64,000 nucleotides of DNA, from the NCBI GenBank assembly GCA_965637545.1, contig OZ281497.1, positions 18,910,001 to 18,974,000 of the forward strand. Reading direction: 5' to 3'. Every line of letters begins with the position of its first letter. Position 1 is the first letter of the stretch. The position numbers and the translations under genes are program-made. The DNA is from Phallusia mammillata. Lineage: Eukaryota. Of this stretch, positions 1 to 11,310 are shown one piece after another. A model generated the notes under the pieces. That model was not told the DNA's origin. It searched no databases and saw only the letters and a list, made by a program, of their open reading frames with translations.

Positions 1-723
1 GTTTTATCCACAACCAAAACACCGTTTTGTCATTTCCGAAACATATTGATCGAGCCAATCACATCGCAGCCACTAAAGCGTAGTAGGCTACATTGAATAT
101 TAAACAAAATTATGCAGATACATTTCAATCCGTACAAGACAGCGATTGTCACATGTATAAACCGTGAAGAAAATATTTCCGTTTTCAATCGCCAAAATAG
201 GTCATTTTGTAATTTCTTTTGTTAGTGGCTGCAGAAGTCTTGCATTATAGACTTCGCCAGTTTTTATTCAAAAAACTATTTTTCTACTGAGAATCCGTTA
301 TTTTTTAGTTCATATCTTCCATCCGAAATTAATCTATACTTACACAACTCCTGATGTTGTTGTGAAAGAACTAGTTTTACACTCTACATAAAATGCTAGC
401 TATATAGCTTTAACATTTAATCCAGCTTATGGAACATAATGCACAAAGTACAACTCGAAGAACAGATTACATTACAAAAAAACCAACAGGAATGCACAGA
501 TTTTTTATCAGAAATTATACTTGTTCTGTGTTAACTTGAAAATTGGGTTTGAGAATTGTTCTATTGCACTTGGATTATTCACTTCAAATCTGGAAACTTT
601 AAACCCTTAGCATTGGTCAGGAGTAAGGACGCCATCACCTTGAGGTGATAGGCCTTAATACCGATGATTACCGGCAGTTTTTTAAATACATGCAATGAAC
701 AAGAACGACAACAAATAATAGTT

Positions 724-3700
724 TTATACAACAGTTTCTTTGTCCTTAGCCTTTCCACCGTTGTGTGTAAGAGGATGTTGTTCTGCGTTCAGAGACTTCT
801 CTTCCTTGTTTTCTTTGTCAGCCTTTGCACTGCGACAGACTACCCGATATAGATACAACATGATGCAGGTCGATATAAACTTAACAGAGATTAGAATTCC
901 ACTGTAACTTCTGCGGTACAAGTCGTTGTCGAAAAGCTGAAAGCATAATAGAATTCATAGTATTTAATTCAAGCAGGTACGAACGATTTCTGCTGACTAT
1001 GATAGTTTTAGTCAGAATCTGAACATATACCCTTGCTTTTTACAACTTTTTTTAAACCATAGGCTGTGTAGCCTACGCCCAGGAAACGATATACGTCGTG
1101 AAGTATACAGTTTGTATTTACCCTGCAATACGACCGACCACTGCAATCCGCCTTCGTCCAAAACAAACAAGCTTCGTCAATTGCGTAACCAACCAGGATT
1201 GGGGCAGGAATCCAACCCACCAATCGACCAACAAAATAAGCGATTCCGATGCCAAAAGCCTTATCAGCTGGTGTTAATGTTCTGTTGATGGCCGGGTAGG
1301 CAATAAAGCGTAAAAAATAATCTATGGTTTGATTATTGCGTTTGCAAGGAAATATTTTACGGTTTAATTTTTGTCCTAGTTGTTAGGAAATTTAAAGTTG
1401 TTTTCTGACATTTTTTTAAATAAGAAAAGCGAAGTAGCCTATATTGTTCATTTTAAACAAAGACCTAAATGAGAATGCAAATCGTTACTATTACCTCATA
1501 AGAAGCACAAACAGCGGAGTGGCCGCAGTACCAGCTATAAAGTTCATGAACGTTTTTATTCCAATAACAACCTCCGCCAAGCCCTCACACTTGCTTGTGT
1601 AACAGCGACCAATTGAAACCACCTGTTCTTCAGGGGAATTGGAAACACACGAACACAAAGTGTAGTTCTGAAAACAAATTATTGGTGTTGAAATGTATCC
1701 ACGATATGCATTTAACGGGAATTCCATTTTGTGTAACATTTAACTTGATACGCTTCACGTGGGCCTGTTGCTTTTAATTCTAAAAAGAATCGTAATAGTT
1801 CTTGCAAATACAAAGTGTTAAAGTATGGTGGTTTGTCGCATAAACTAACAGTTATGCTGCCTCCCTTCTCGATCGAGTCAGTACATCCGGCAAAACAGGG
1901 GGACACGTAGGAAATCTGCCCTGGTCCACATACGGGCGTGTAAACGTTTTCATCACACTCGCATGCAGCGTTGCACTCACTCACAGGCGTGTTCTCGAGC
2001 TTTCCTGCATCTCTGCGTTGTAACAATATTGCAAAGCAAAGATTTAAATTTTCCACAAGCTACTACACAATTATACCTGGTCGGGTATGAGACAGTCAAA
2101 CCAGCCATATCAATCGATTCACAGCCGACAAAGAGAAATGCAAAGAAGACTACTATGGTGCTGATGTATACTGTTAAAAGCAACCTTATTATTCCCACCT
2201 TCCCCAGTTTCCAGCGCTTAACAATAAAACTTCCCAAAACAGTTCCAAGAATCAAAAAAGGAAAGTTAATAACACCTGTGGAAAAGACGTAGGTCATGTA
2301 ACAGTAGCCTAACCCGGTCTCAAACCATTGCCCGTCTTTAGTCATTTTTAATTCTAATTTATTAAAGAACAAAACGGCAACAATTTACTGGGTGACACTA
2401 AAACGCTGAATTAGGGTGAGGTTTTTATGATAGAAATCATTGTCCCGCCGAAACGCGGGAAACATTTCATATAGCCTACTACTATAAAACCTCACCCGAA
2501 CCTTAATAGCAGTAACCGTCAGCAATTTAACCCGATATTCGGTTTCCGCGACGTCCAGCCATCTCTCGCGATTTAGCGTTTTAGGGTCACCCCGATTTGC
2601 TTGAGAACAGACAGTAAAATTTATTTAAGATGAAACTATAACTTACCGATAAGAAAACTGCTCGTCGCCGCCGATTTACCAAATCCCACTTCCAGGTATT
2701 TAACAATAAATGTTGATACAGAAGAGATTTTAAACATTTCGCAAGTAAATGAGGATACAACCAGCACAAACTCTATGTTACGCACAAGTTTTTTGATTGC
2801 CAGCCATATTCCACTGTAAAAAATACGTTCTAGTCAGGCAATTGTTTGTGATTTTATTAAAATTAGGTGTGACTCGGTAAAGTAAAGTCACCTTAGTTCC
2901 TTTGTAATAGCGTTTTGTTTAAAAGCTGGTTTAACGTCCAAGTCTTTTTTGTTTTCAGGAAGTGGTGGTAATTCGACATCCTTGTCCTAAACACAAAATA
3001 AAAAATAAAATGGATAAAGGTTTTGATAATAATTTTCTACGTTACAATTGGGACCAATGACGAGTAATTCACTTGAAAATATACTTGTAGGCCTGCAGTT
3101 CTATATAGCAGCGGCATCGTATACCAGGAGCATGTTTGTGCTTGTAATCACGCGTTCAAAGCGTGTTAAACACCAACTTAATGTCAGTTTGGGTGATATA
3201 ACACATGCAACACTGCACAACATACGTTTGAAAACCACATTTTGGTTTGGACAACTTGTTCAGTGGCAAGCAAATATGTAATATTTTTTACACGGCGACG
3301 CAAATCCGTTAAGATATGGCCAATGTGCTGACGAAGATGCAAAGGGTTCATGACGCGTTGTTTTTGTATAGATTTTCCCTATTGATGGAAAAGTATTCGT
3401 TGTTCGTCTGTTAAAATTTTGGGCCAGCTTTGACATTGGCTAAAGTCACTTAAAAGATGTTGGATTTAGTTGAAGTCATTTGCTGCAGAGAATTTGAGTG
3501 TTTGTAAGCTTGTATCCCTATTTCGGCACATTGTCGTTCGCTTCTAAAATGTGACGCATTTTTAGTCTTAACATATTAGTTCCAAGCCTGTACACAAACT
3601 AAAAAGCAGTTAACATTCACATAAACAACATGGGTACAAGCCTTGTGAGCACCTTACCTTGTCATCATCTTTTTCCTTTTCTATTTCCTTTGGATAGAAC

Positions 3701-5439
3701 CAAACAGGCAAACTAGAACTGATCATTAACAAAGCTGCAATCACAAACCCAAGCCACCAAGCTCCAACCCATGCAGTATGACGGGGCTCAATTGTAATAG
3801 TGTCTAACAGTAAAGACACCGATGAGTATCAAAGAAAGGATCCCATTATAAGCAAGTTGCTGTACCTGTGTCCACCCAGCCCACATCGACCCAAACTTTT
3901 AGAAACCCGGCACCAGAAACATAGCCAACCAGGGGACCAATCAGCGCAATAGACTTCATTATTCCTAAAAAACGGAATAAAATGTCAAAATCAGTTATAT
4001 ATACAAACGTTAACGAACGTGCACTTTTTCATACCTATGTACAAGGCCGAATTGTGTTCTGTTGCATGATCATCGACATAAGAATAGCCAAGCGGTTGTA
4101 TACCGGAACCACCTATACCGTTTATTATGATCCCAACTACAATCAGTATAAAGATATTTGAGGACGCTTTGGATTCCGAGACAACCCCACAATCCACTGT
4201 GGTATTTCGACCGCTGTCATGTCATACAATATTATTAAGGAGGTTAGGCTAATATCCCGTTTCCATGGACTTTTTAAAAGTTTATGTAATTCAACATATC
4301 GTTCTGGAGAAGTATAATGGTAACACAAGATTAATTGTGTCTTTAATGTAACGCTGTAGATCAAGATATGGCGTTTTACTTAATTTTGCCCGCGCTTGGC
4401 ATGTGGCCCAGGGTAACGATGTGGGGACTAAGGGGAGCCCTAGAGTATTAAGGTATGTATTTGCATAGGCCTTGGTTGGTGCTTAAAATATCGTGTTTTC
4501 AAAAAAATGTATTGGACATTTCGTAACTTCTACTAATTGCAACAATTTTTTGTTTTTTGGAATAAAAAGCAACGGCTATTTGCTATTAATGAGATTAGTT
4601 TAAATGGCATATATCAGCGACTTTGTCTTACCACTAAACGATATTTACACAGCGCACCTTGTGCTGCAAACCACTGCGTTATTGCCATCTTCGGTGGTAA
4701 TGTTAACGGAAATGTCATCAAAGTGATATCGGTCTCCTATAAACTGAGGCAATGCTGATAGTAAATAGCCCATTGTCATCAACAGACAACCAAGGGCAAT
4801 AATTTTCGGCCTAAAATCAAAACAAAACGTAATTATATTTTCTGTAGCAGTGTTTTGGGCAAATGGGGATGCAACAATTTAAAATATTTATTGGCCAAAA
4901 AATTAACAGTGCAATTATTTGATTAAACATGTCTAACTTTGACCGGATCATGTAACCTGTTGTAGCGTTGCCCGAAGTAGCTCACAAACAACATCACGGT
5001 CAAATTGCCAATCTGTGCTCCAGTTGCAATAACAGCGGAAATTGTACTGGAAAGTTGATATCTTCGTTCAATGGTTGTGAGCACACTTTTGGTATAAGCG
5101 CCGCAGTAAATCTGTAATCGTTAAACCAATACATGCATATGCATATTATTTAGTTTTATAGGCCTAAACATACTGTTTATAAAACCATGTTTTTCTTTAT
5201 TTTGCATCCTGTTGTTTCTTACTTTCTTTGTGTGTGTTTTTTGAAAAAATATTTGTTATTAAATTACAATTTACAACACTATCTTAAGAGATTCAATCTC
5301 CACCAAATATCCGAATGTATACCTATAGGCTACATGCAATTCGTCTAACAAAGATTATTCAACCCACCTGAGTGAAACCGATTAACCCGATCCAAATAGC
5401 GAACGTTCTTGGGGAGAAAAAGCACTTATTGCAACCCAT
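724..5439 (-). CDS. Organic anion transporting polypeptide (OATP/SLCO family), ~13 coding exons
   Basis: Spliced minus-strand segments carry OATP hallmarks. MGCNKCFFSPRTFAIWIGLIGFTQ (5439-5368) joins in phase 0 to IYCGAYTKSVLTTIERRYQLSS (from 5111). Further segments: PKIIALGCLLM; GIGGSGIQPLGYSYVDD; AWVGAWWLGF; Kazal-like CNAACECDENVYTPVCG...YVSPCFAGC; GRLVGWIPAPILVGYAIDEAC; last exon LFDNDLYRRSY...ETVV* (stop 724-726). Subfamily not assignable by eye, and an extra upstream exon is possible. Confidence 0.93.
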
Positions 5440-5836
5440 GGTTAGGCTACACCTCACTTGACAAATGCTTCTTTTGTAATGTGGAATTATAGGCACAACA
5501 AATTGAAATCCTGGAAACTTGTTTGAACAACCAATAGCCTTTGAAAGTAGCTGATCTTGTCCATCTGCTTTTATACGCCTTGAACTTGGTGAGTTAAAAA
5601 TTAATTTGCTCGCATGGCCAAATGTGTGTCTTAACTAGTGGTGCATAGAAGTTTTGGTTGGAACATTTTGGCGAACTGTGCCGTTTAGGCGATATGATCT
5701 AAATCTATAGTTTTACAATCAATCCATAGCAGCGTAACAAAAAAGGAATTTTCGTCTTCACAAACATGGGCCACATTGCCGTACTATTTTTTATTGTGAA
5801 GCTTTATAGGCCTACTAAAAAAGTGTGTTGAACCGT

Positions 5837-6223
5837 TGTAACGGACAGTAACGCTCCCCAATAGCAAAAACTTTTCCCGCCGTTGTAACCCGTGACCTAT
5901 ACGTTCATTGTGACGACATAACTGCCAACTTTATGTGCGTCCTGCTTTCTCGGTTTCTTGTCTCTGCACGTGTAGCCCAGTCATTGTTTCAGCAGTATCT
6001 AAGTCTGTGGTGTTGTATTAAACTTTGCTGAGGTGGATAATTTTATGTTATATAAGGTAAATTGTTTGGACTGTTTGTAATTGTGACGTTTTGATTCTTT
6101 TTGAATAAGGTGGTAAAAAATCCGTTTTAAATCACTGAAAATAAAGTGCATCTGAAACCGGCTATCTTATTTTGCCAGTCATGAGATTGTAAGGTAGAAT
6201 TAGTATAAGGCTTGAATTCTACA
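5837..6223 (+). repeat. 5' LTR of BEL/Pao element
   Basis: Direct repeat of 10366-10752 with 4 substitutions by manual comparison. Contains TATATAA and AATAAA. Confidence 0.96.
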
Positions 6224-6269
6224 TCATTTAAAACGGTTTTGCTTTGCTGGGGCAATAGTCCTCAGAGAA

Positions 6270-9200
6270 ATGTCTGATGAAAGAGAAAATGTTCCTTCTA
6301 CATCGCAGGAACTGTTTGACGTGATTGATGTTGTCAGGCAAGAACCAGCTAATGAAGGCGTCCAATCTGTTAAAGCAGGGGTCACCAAACTACGGCCCAT
6401 TTCATCCGGCCCGCGACCACATTTTATGGTTTCCAAATCATATTGATGACTTTGTGACATTCAAAAATTGAACTACTTCACACGAAAGTTTTCCTGTCGC
6501 GATATGTAGAATAATATTACCTAGTTTCGTGGAATTACAACTCCCAGGATTGATCCAAAGTCAGCAGTTTGTTACGTCACAGACAAGATTACATGTGTCA
6601 TTTGTGCGCAAACAATTGCCTTTTTTGTTACTTGTGACGTAATATACAAGCATTGCTCGTAAGAGACGACCTTTGTAGTTTATAGGTCGCATCACCAGAT
6701 TTTAAATGGGTTTGTAGAAAGACCATATCTTGGCGCACCTAGAAAAATCGCCTCGCGGATTAAGTTTGGAAAGGCGGCGCCAGGGCATGTAATCTATGCG
6801 GCCCGCGCGAATTACTTTTAAACTTATCCGGCCCGCAGTGAAAAAAGTTTGGTGACCCCTGTGTTAAAGGTTCTGTGCGAAGTGTCAAGAGCACTGCCAG
6901 TGCGCGTGTTCGCCGTGAAGCCGAAGCTGCAGCATTGAGGCTGGAACAACTTAAACGGCGAAGTGCTCTTAGGTCCAAGCGGTGGACATGGAACTGGAAC
7001 TGAAAGCCAGAAAACAAAATCTGGACATGGAACTGGAAGCCAGAAAACAAAATTTGGAAACGGAGTTGGAGCTAGACAAAGCCCAAGAAGAATTCGAGTT
7101 GGCCGAGTTTGCTGCTGATACAGTAAGCGAGTTTGACTCATGTGAGTCTTCACATGGATGGGATCATACCCCGATCAAAAAGCCTAACCCTGTAGTGCTA
7201 GTGGAACACGCAAAGGTTTCTGCAAAGGCACAGGACTACAATCAGGAAGTAACGCCTAACATTTATAAGCATACAAAGGCGTTAACACGTGCCCAAAATG
7301 AACAACCATCGAAAGCTATTTCAGAACGAACAACGAATGTGAACTCGACAGACAAACCACTTGCGCCAGCCAAGTCACAGGTTTCTGTCGGGCCTTCTCG
7401 AGTCCTCCCAGCGAAGGCAGAGGGATTTGGTCCTGTGGTTGCCACCTGCGCAGAAGCCACTGGGGCCGGCACATTTCAAAAGGAGCATAAATATGCAACA
7501 ATAAAACCTTGCCCTCATGGTCCACCGGCGACCACTGAGAATTGGTATGTAATTGCAGAAGCTATAAAACAAGGTTTCAATTTACCGAAACTGCCATGAA
7601 GTACGACGGCGACCCGGTGAACTATCACAAGTTTATGAACGACTTCGATCGGCAGATAAACAAGGCGTATTTATCTGATGCTGAGAAGCTGGGATATCTC
7701 TGTGAATTTTGCACTGAAAATGCTCTGACCAACATTTTGGAATGCAAAAGCATGCCTCCCGAATTAGGATACAGGGAGGCATTGGATATACTCCACAGGA
7801 GACATGGGAGATTAGACCTTGTAGTAAGAGCGCATATGGACAGATTGACGCAACGCCCACAATTAAAGGATAGCGACTTCCAGGGCTTGCAACAGTTTCG
7901 TGCACAAGCTGCAGAAAGTTACAAGTTATTCAGTCAATGGGACTGTAAATACACGCTCGATCTGCCTCAAAATGTTGAGGCCGTTGTGCAGCGCTTGCCG
8001 CAGAGGGCAATTAGACGGTTCATCACTAAATCATCTGAACTTCGTTTGCGAAATCAACCAGTGACCTTTCAAGCGTTGTTAGATCTTTTGGAATTGTTGG
8101 TAGAGGACACTCTATCGCCAATGATGAGGTTTATTTCCGACGAGGAATGCAAGTCGCAAGGACAAGTTACCCACAAGGGCAAGTTCCCGGATCGAGTTAC
8201 AACTACATACTCGCTAGTGTCAGATGAAGAGTCATTTGTGGATTACGACGCACCAGGACGGACGCCTACATGCCCCGAATGCGGGTCGTCACATTTTTTG
8301 TGGAAATGTGAGGCTTTTAGGAGCCGACCAGTAAAGGAACGTTATGAGCTAGTGCATCCTAACAAACTGTGCTTCAATTGTTTTCGTCCCGAGCATTGTG
8401 CGGACAAATGTTTGTCCAAATATGTATGCCGTGTAGACTCCTGCGGGAAAAGGCATCACACGCTATTGCATTGGGCGCACCCTTCGCGCTTATCTGTACA
8501 ATCTTCTAGCGATCCAGCGGAAGTTGACGGGGCCGGTTTGCCAGGAATATCCGCTGCGACACTGCAGACTCATTCTGTACGACTTAAGGTCGTGCCAGTT
8601 ACTGTTTTGGATAAGAATTGTAAACCCCATTTCACACATGCCTTTCTTGACGACGGATCAGACACGTCATTGTGCTCTGCAGCATTGGCCAAGAAACTAG
8701 GGCTAAGCGGTGTGGAAGACAACTTGACAATTACTACCGTAAACGCAGTCGCAAAGTTTCGCTGTCCGTACAAGGCCTGAACGATGGCGCTTGTTTTATG
8801 TTGAAAAGTTTAAGGGTCGTCCCCAAGTTACCCAACCTACAAGGCAGCATTCCTACTGTTGATGATATTAAGCGGTATCCACATATTCGAAATCTCAAAT
8901 TATCTTTAATAAACTGTCCAGATGTGGACTTGCTCATAGCAGCCGATGTTTACGAGGCTCACGAGCAACACGAGGCTGTACGTGGCTCTCGTGGCGACCC
9001 TGTTGCTATTCGCACTGGTTTGGGCTGGTGTTTGTTCGGCCCCGAAAGAAAATATGACATCAGACACACGAGTGTAAATTACATACACGCTAACACAAAA
9101 CTACCTGATCAGTTATACAGTATTGACTTTCAAGATAGAGGTTCAAGTGACCTTGGACTTTCACTTAAACACAAACGAGTTCTTTCAAATACAGAATACA

Positions 9201-10285
9201 GTGTCACTAGAGTGAACGGACATTACCAGATTTTGCCTTGGAAATTGCCCTTACCGGTTCTGTCCTATGACAGAAGCTTGGCAAAACGACGCCTGTCACA
9301 CTTAAAGCGTCGTTTCCACAAGTATACCGAACCGCTTGGAAAATACTGGGAAAAGATACAGGATTACTTGAGACAGGGATTTGCTCCGGGAATCCTTTCA
9401 GGTAGTTTGAAATGTACAAAACAAACACGGAATATACCACACCACGCGACGGGTGGCAAATTTCGAATTCTTTTCGATTGTTCCGCTTCCTACGATGGAA
9501 CATTATTAAATGACAAGTTGCTACAAGGGTCTTACCGTACCAAAGGACTTGTCGTAGTGTTTTCGATGATTAGTAAGGTCTCCGACCCGCTTGGATTTAT
9601 CCAGCCATTTCTGCTTTCTATAAAACAGCTAATGCATAGTCTGTGCAACCAGCAACTGGATTGGGACAACCCACTTTCCGAAAGTGCGATCGAGCATTGG
9701 AATCTTTTGATACTGCGTTGTTACAAACCTCCCAACGTAGTCTTCGTATCAACACAGCTGCTCTGTTTTTGCAATGCTTGCAAGACCGGGTTAGGTGCGG
9801 TGTGTTATCTTTGCTTTGTTGATTCAATCAGGTATATTCACTGTTCATTGATGTTTGGAAAATCTGGTGAGGCCCATGCAAGGCCTGTCGCATTGCCGCA
9901 TCTGGAAGGCGCTGCGGTAACTGCTGTTAAGATAAGGAGAATGCTTGTTCCAGAACTGGACCGTTTCCTTACCCCAGACAAGTTCGCCACTGCTGACGAC
10001 TACCGGGGAACGCTGCGTACGGTTGGGTGGCTGCCAGATACGTTTGGAAGAGGTGACTTCGCGACTACCAGCCAATTTTATGGGTACGACCAACGAAGAG
10101 CTTTGGGGCCGTGACCTGGTTTTGGTCGCGTACAAGATGAACCCCCCCCAGCTGCCTGACCAAAAGGCATTGTGGTGGTGGTGTGCCCTGATAGCGAAGG
10201 AGCTGTCAGAAGTGTTCGCGTTCGCACCGCGAGAGCTGTATATACGCGCGATATTCGCAAGCTGTGCTTACTTGAGGCAGCGTAA
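6270..10285 (+). pseudogene. Disrupted gag-pol of BEL/Pao element
   Basis: ATG 6270 (MSDERENVPST...SVK) is interrupted by a MITE at 6376-6861 and resumes in frame (GSVRSVKSTASARVRREAEAAAL). Frameshifts lie near 6975, 7595 and 8760. Knuckles: CPECGSSHFLWKC, CFNCFRPEHCADKC, CRVDSCGKRHHTLLH. The RT N-terminal RILFDCSA..G..LNDKLLQG runs straight into Pao SMISKVSDPLGFIQPF with no YxDD, and no integrase core is seen. Final stop 10283-10285. Confidence 0.9.
6376..6861. mobile_element. hAT (Buster/Charlie-like) MITE nested in BEL gag
   Basis: Perfect 15-bp TIR CAGGGGTCACCAAAC / GTTTGGTGACCCCTG, 8-bp TSD TGTTAAAG on both sides, GGCCCGC subterminal motifs, no coding capacity. Confidence 0.95.
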
Positions 10286-10365
10286 CTTTGTTGTGTTTCG
10301 TTTCTGTCCTCCTGTTGTTGTGTGTAAATAACTTTGTCTCCACGTTCGTTATTTAGGGGCCGGTA

Positions 10366-10752
10366 TGTAACGGACAGTAACGCTCCCCAATAGCAAAAAC
10401 TTTTCCCGCCGTTGTAACCCGTGACCTATACGTTCATTGTGACGACATAACTGCCAACTTTATGTGCGTCCTGCTTTCTCGGTTTCTTGTCTCTGCACGT
10501 GTAGCCCAGTCATTGTTTCAGCAGTATCTAAGTCTGTGGTGTTGTATTAAACTTTGCTGAGGTGGATAATTTTATGTTATATAAGGTAAATTGTTTGGAC
10601 TGTTTGTAATTGTGACGTTTTGATTCTATTTGAATAAGGTGGTAAAAAATCCGTTTTAAATCACTGAAAATAAAGTGCATCTGAAACCGGCTATCTTATT
10701 TTGCCAGTCATGAGACTGTAAGGTAGAATTAGCATGAGGCTTGAATTCTACA
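10366..10752 (+). repeat. 3' LTR of BEL/Pao element
   Basis: Direct repeat of 5837-6223, followed by TSD ACCGT. Confidence 0.96.
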
Positions 10753-11229
10753 ACCGTCATAAAGTTTTTTTGTTTATTATGGCAGTACAAATGTAAAGAC
10801 AAAATGCTGTTTTTAAAAAATTGGCGTTTTGCTTGTTTTTGTAAATATCCAGTTTATTGATTGATATTAATTGATAGCGATGTCGGGGACACTTTTTTCC
10901 AGATCAGTGTCGGGGAGTCATCTGTGTTTATATTTCTATGGCGATGGTAAGCAAAGAGATTTGCACAAAGTAATTAAAAATTTTTGGGCAATTTTATTAA
11001 AAATATACTTTACAAATAAAATTATAATTTTGTGTTGGATTTAAAATTAAGTTTTTTGAGACATTTATGTTAAAGAACATTAAGTTCGATCCAATGTCGT
11101 TTTAAATTTGATTTGTGAGAAAACTATGTTTTATTTTGATTGAAATAAATCTGTTTAACTATCACAAGTAAATATATTAACTTTTATTGCGTAGTTCCTG
11201 TAACGTTACTATTTTTTTTAAAAACCACG

Positions 11230-11310
11230 CCTGTTCCCCAGTATCCATAACAAAGAACGTCACGCATCAGGTGAACCGGAAACTAATGACGTTGTTACGT
11301 CATAAATTGA
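11230..11310 (+). promoter_or_regulatory. Candidate CSNK1A1 core promoter
   Basis: ETS-like CCGGAAA and two inverted CRE half-sites (TGACGT...ACGTCA) in a locally CpG-richer patch upstream of the CK1 CDS. TSS not determinable from sequence. Confidence 0.35.

Larger units (their letters stand above)
5837..10752 (+). mobile_element. BEL/Pao LTR retrotransposon, internally deleted and frameshifted (non-autonomous)
   Basis: Two 387-bp TG...CA LTRs (5837-6223, 10366-10752), 5-bp TSD ACCGT (5832-5836, 10753-10757), and a purine-rich PPT-like ATTTAGGGGCCGGTA before the 3' LTR. The interior has BEL gag with three Cys/His knuckles, protease (AFLDDGSDTS), Pao RNase H-like remnants and the C-terminal SVRVRTARAVYTRDIRKLCLLE motif. 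Confidence 0.96.

Noticed and set aside
562-569. miR-92-family 8-mer site (GUGCAAUA on the SLCO mRNA) ~155 nt after the stop
   Set aside because: A single 8-mer without conservation data is compatible with chance, and the UTR extent is unknown.
2411-2500. Short inverted repeat GGGTGAGGTTTT...AAAACCTCACCC in an SLCO intron
   Set aside because: Arms are only ~13-20 bp with no convincing TSD. It may be a MITE relic but is not supportable.
8672-10114. 480-aa ORF as an intact retroviral pol
   Set aside because: It lacks the RT YxDD core and the integrase DDE core. It is a fused deletion product.
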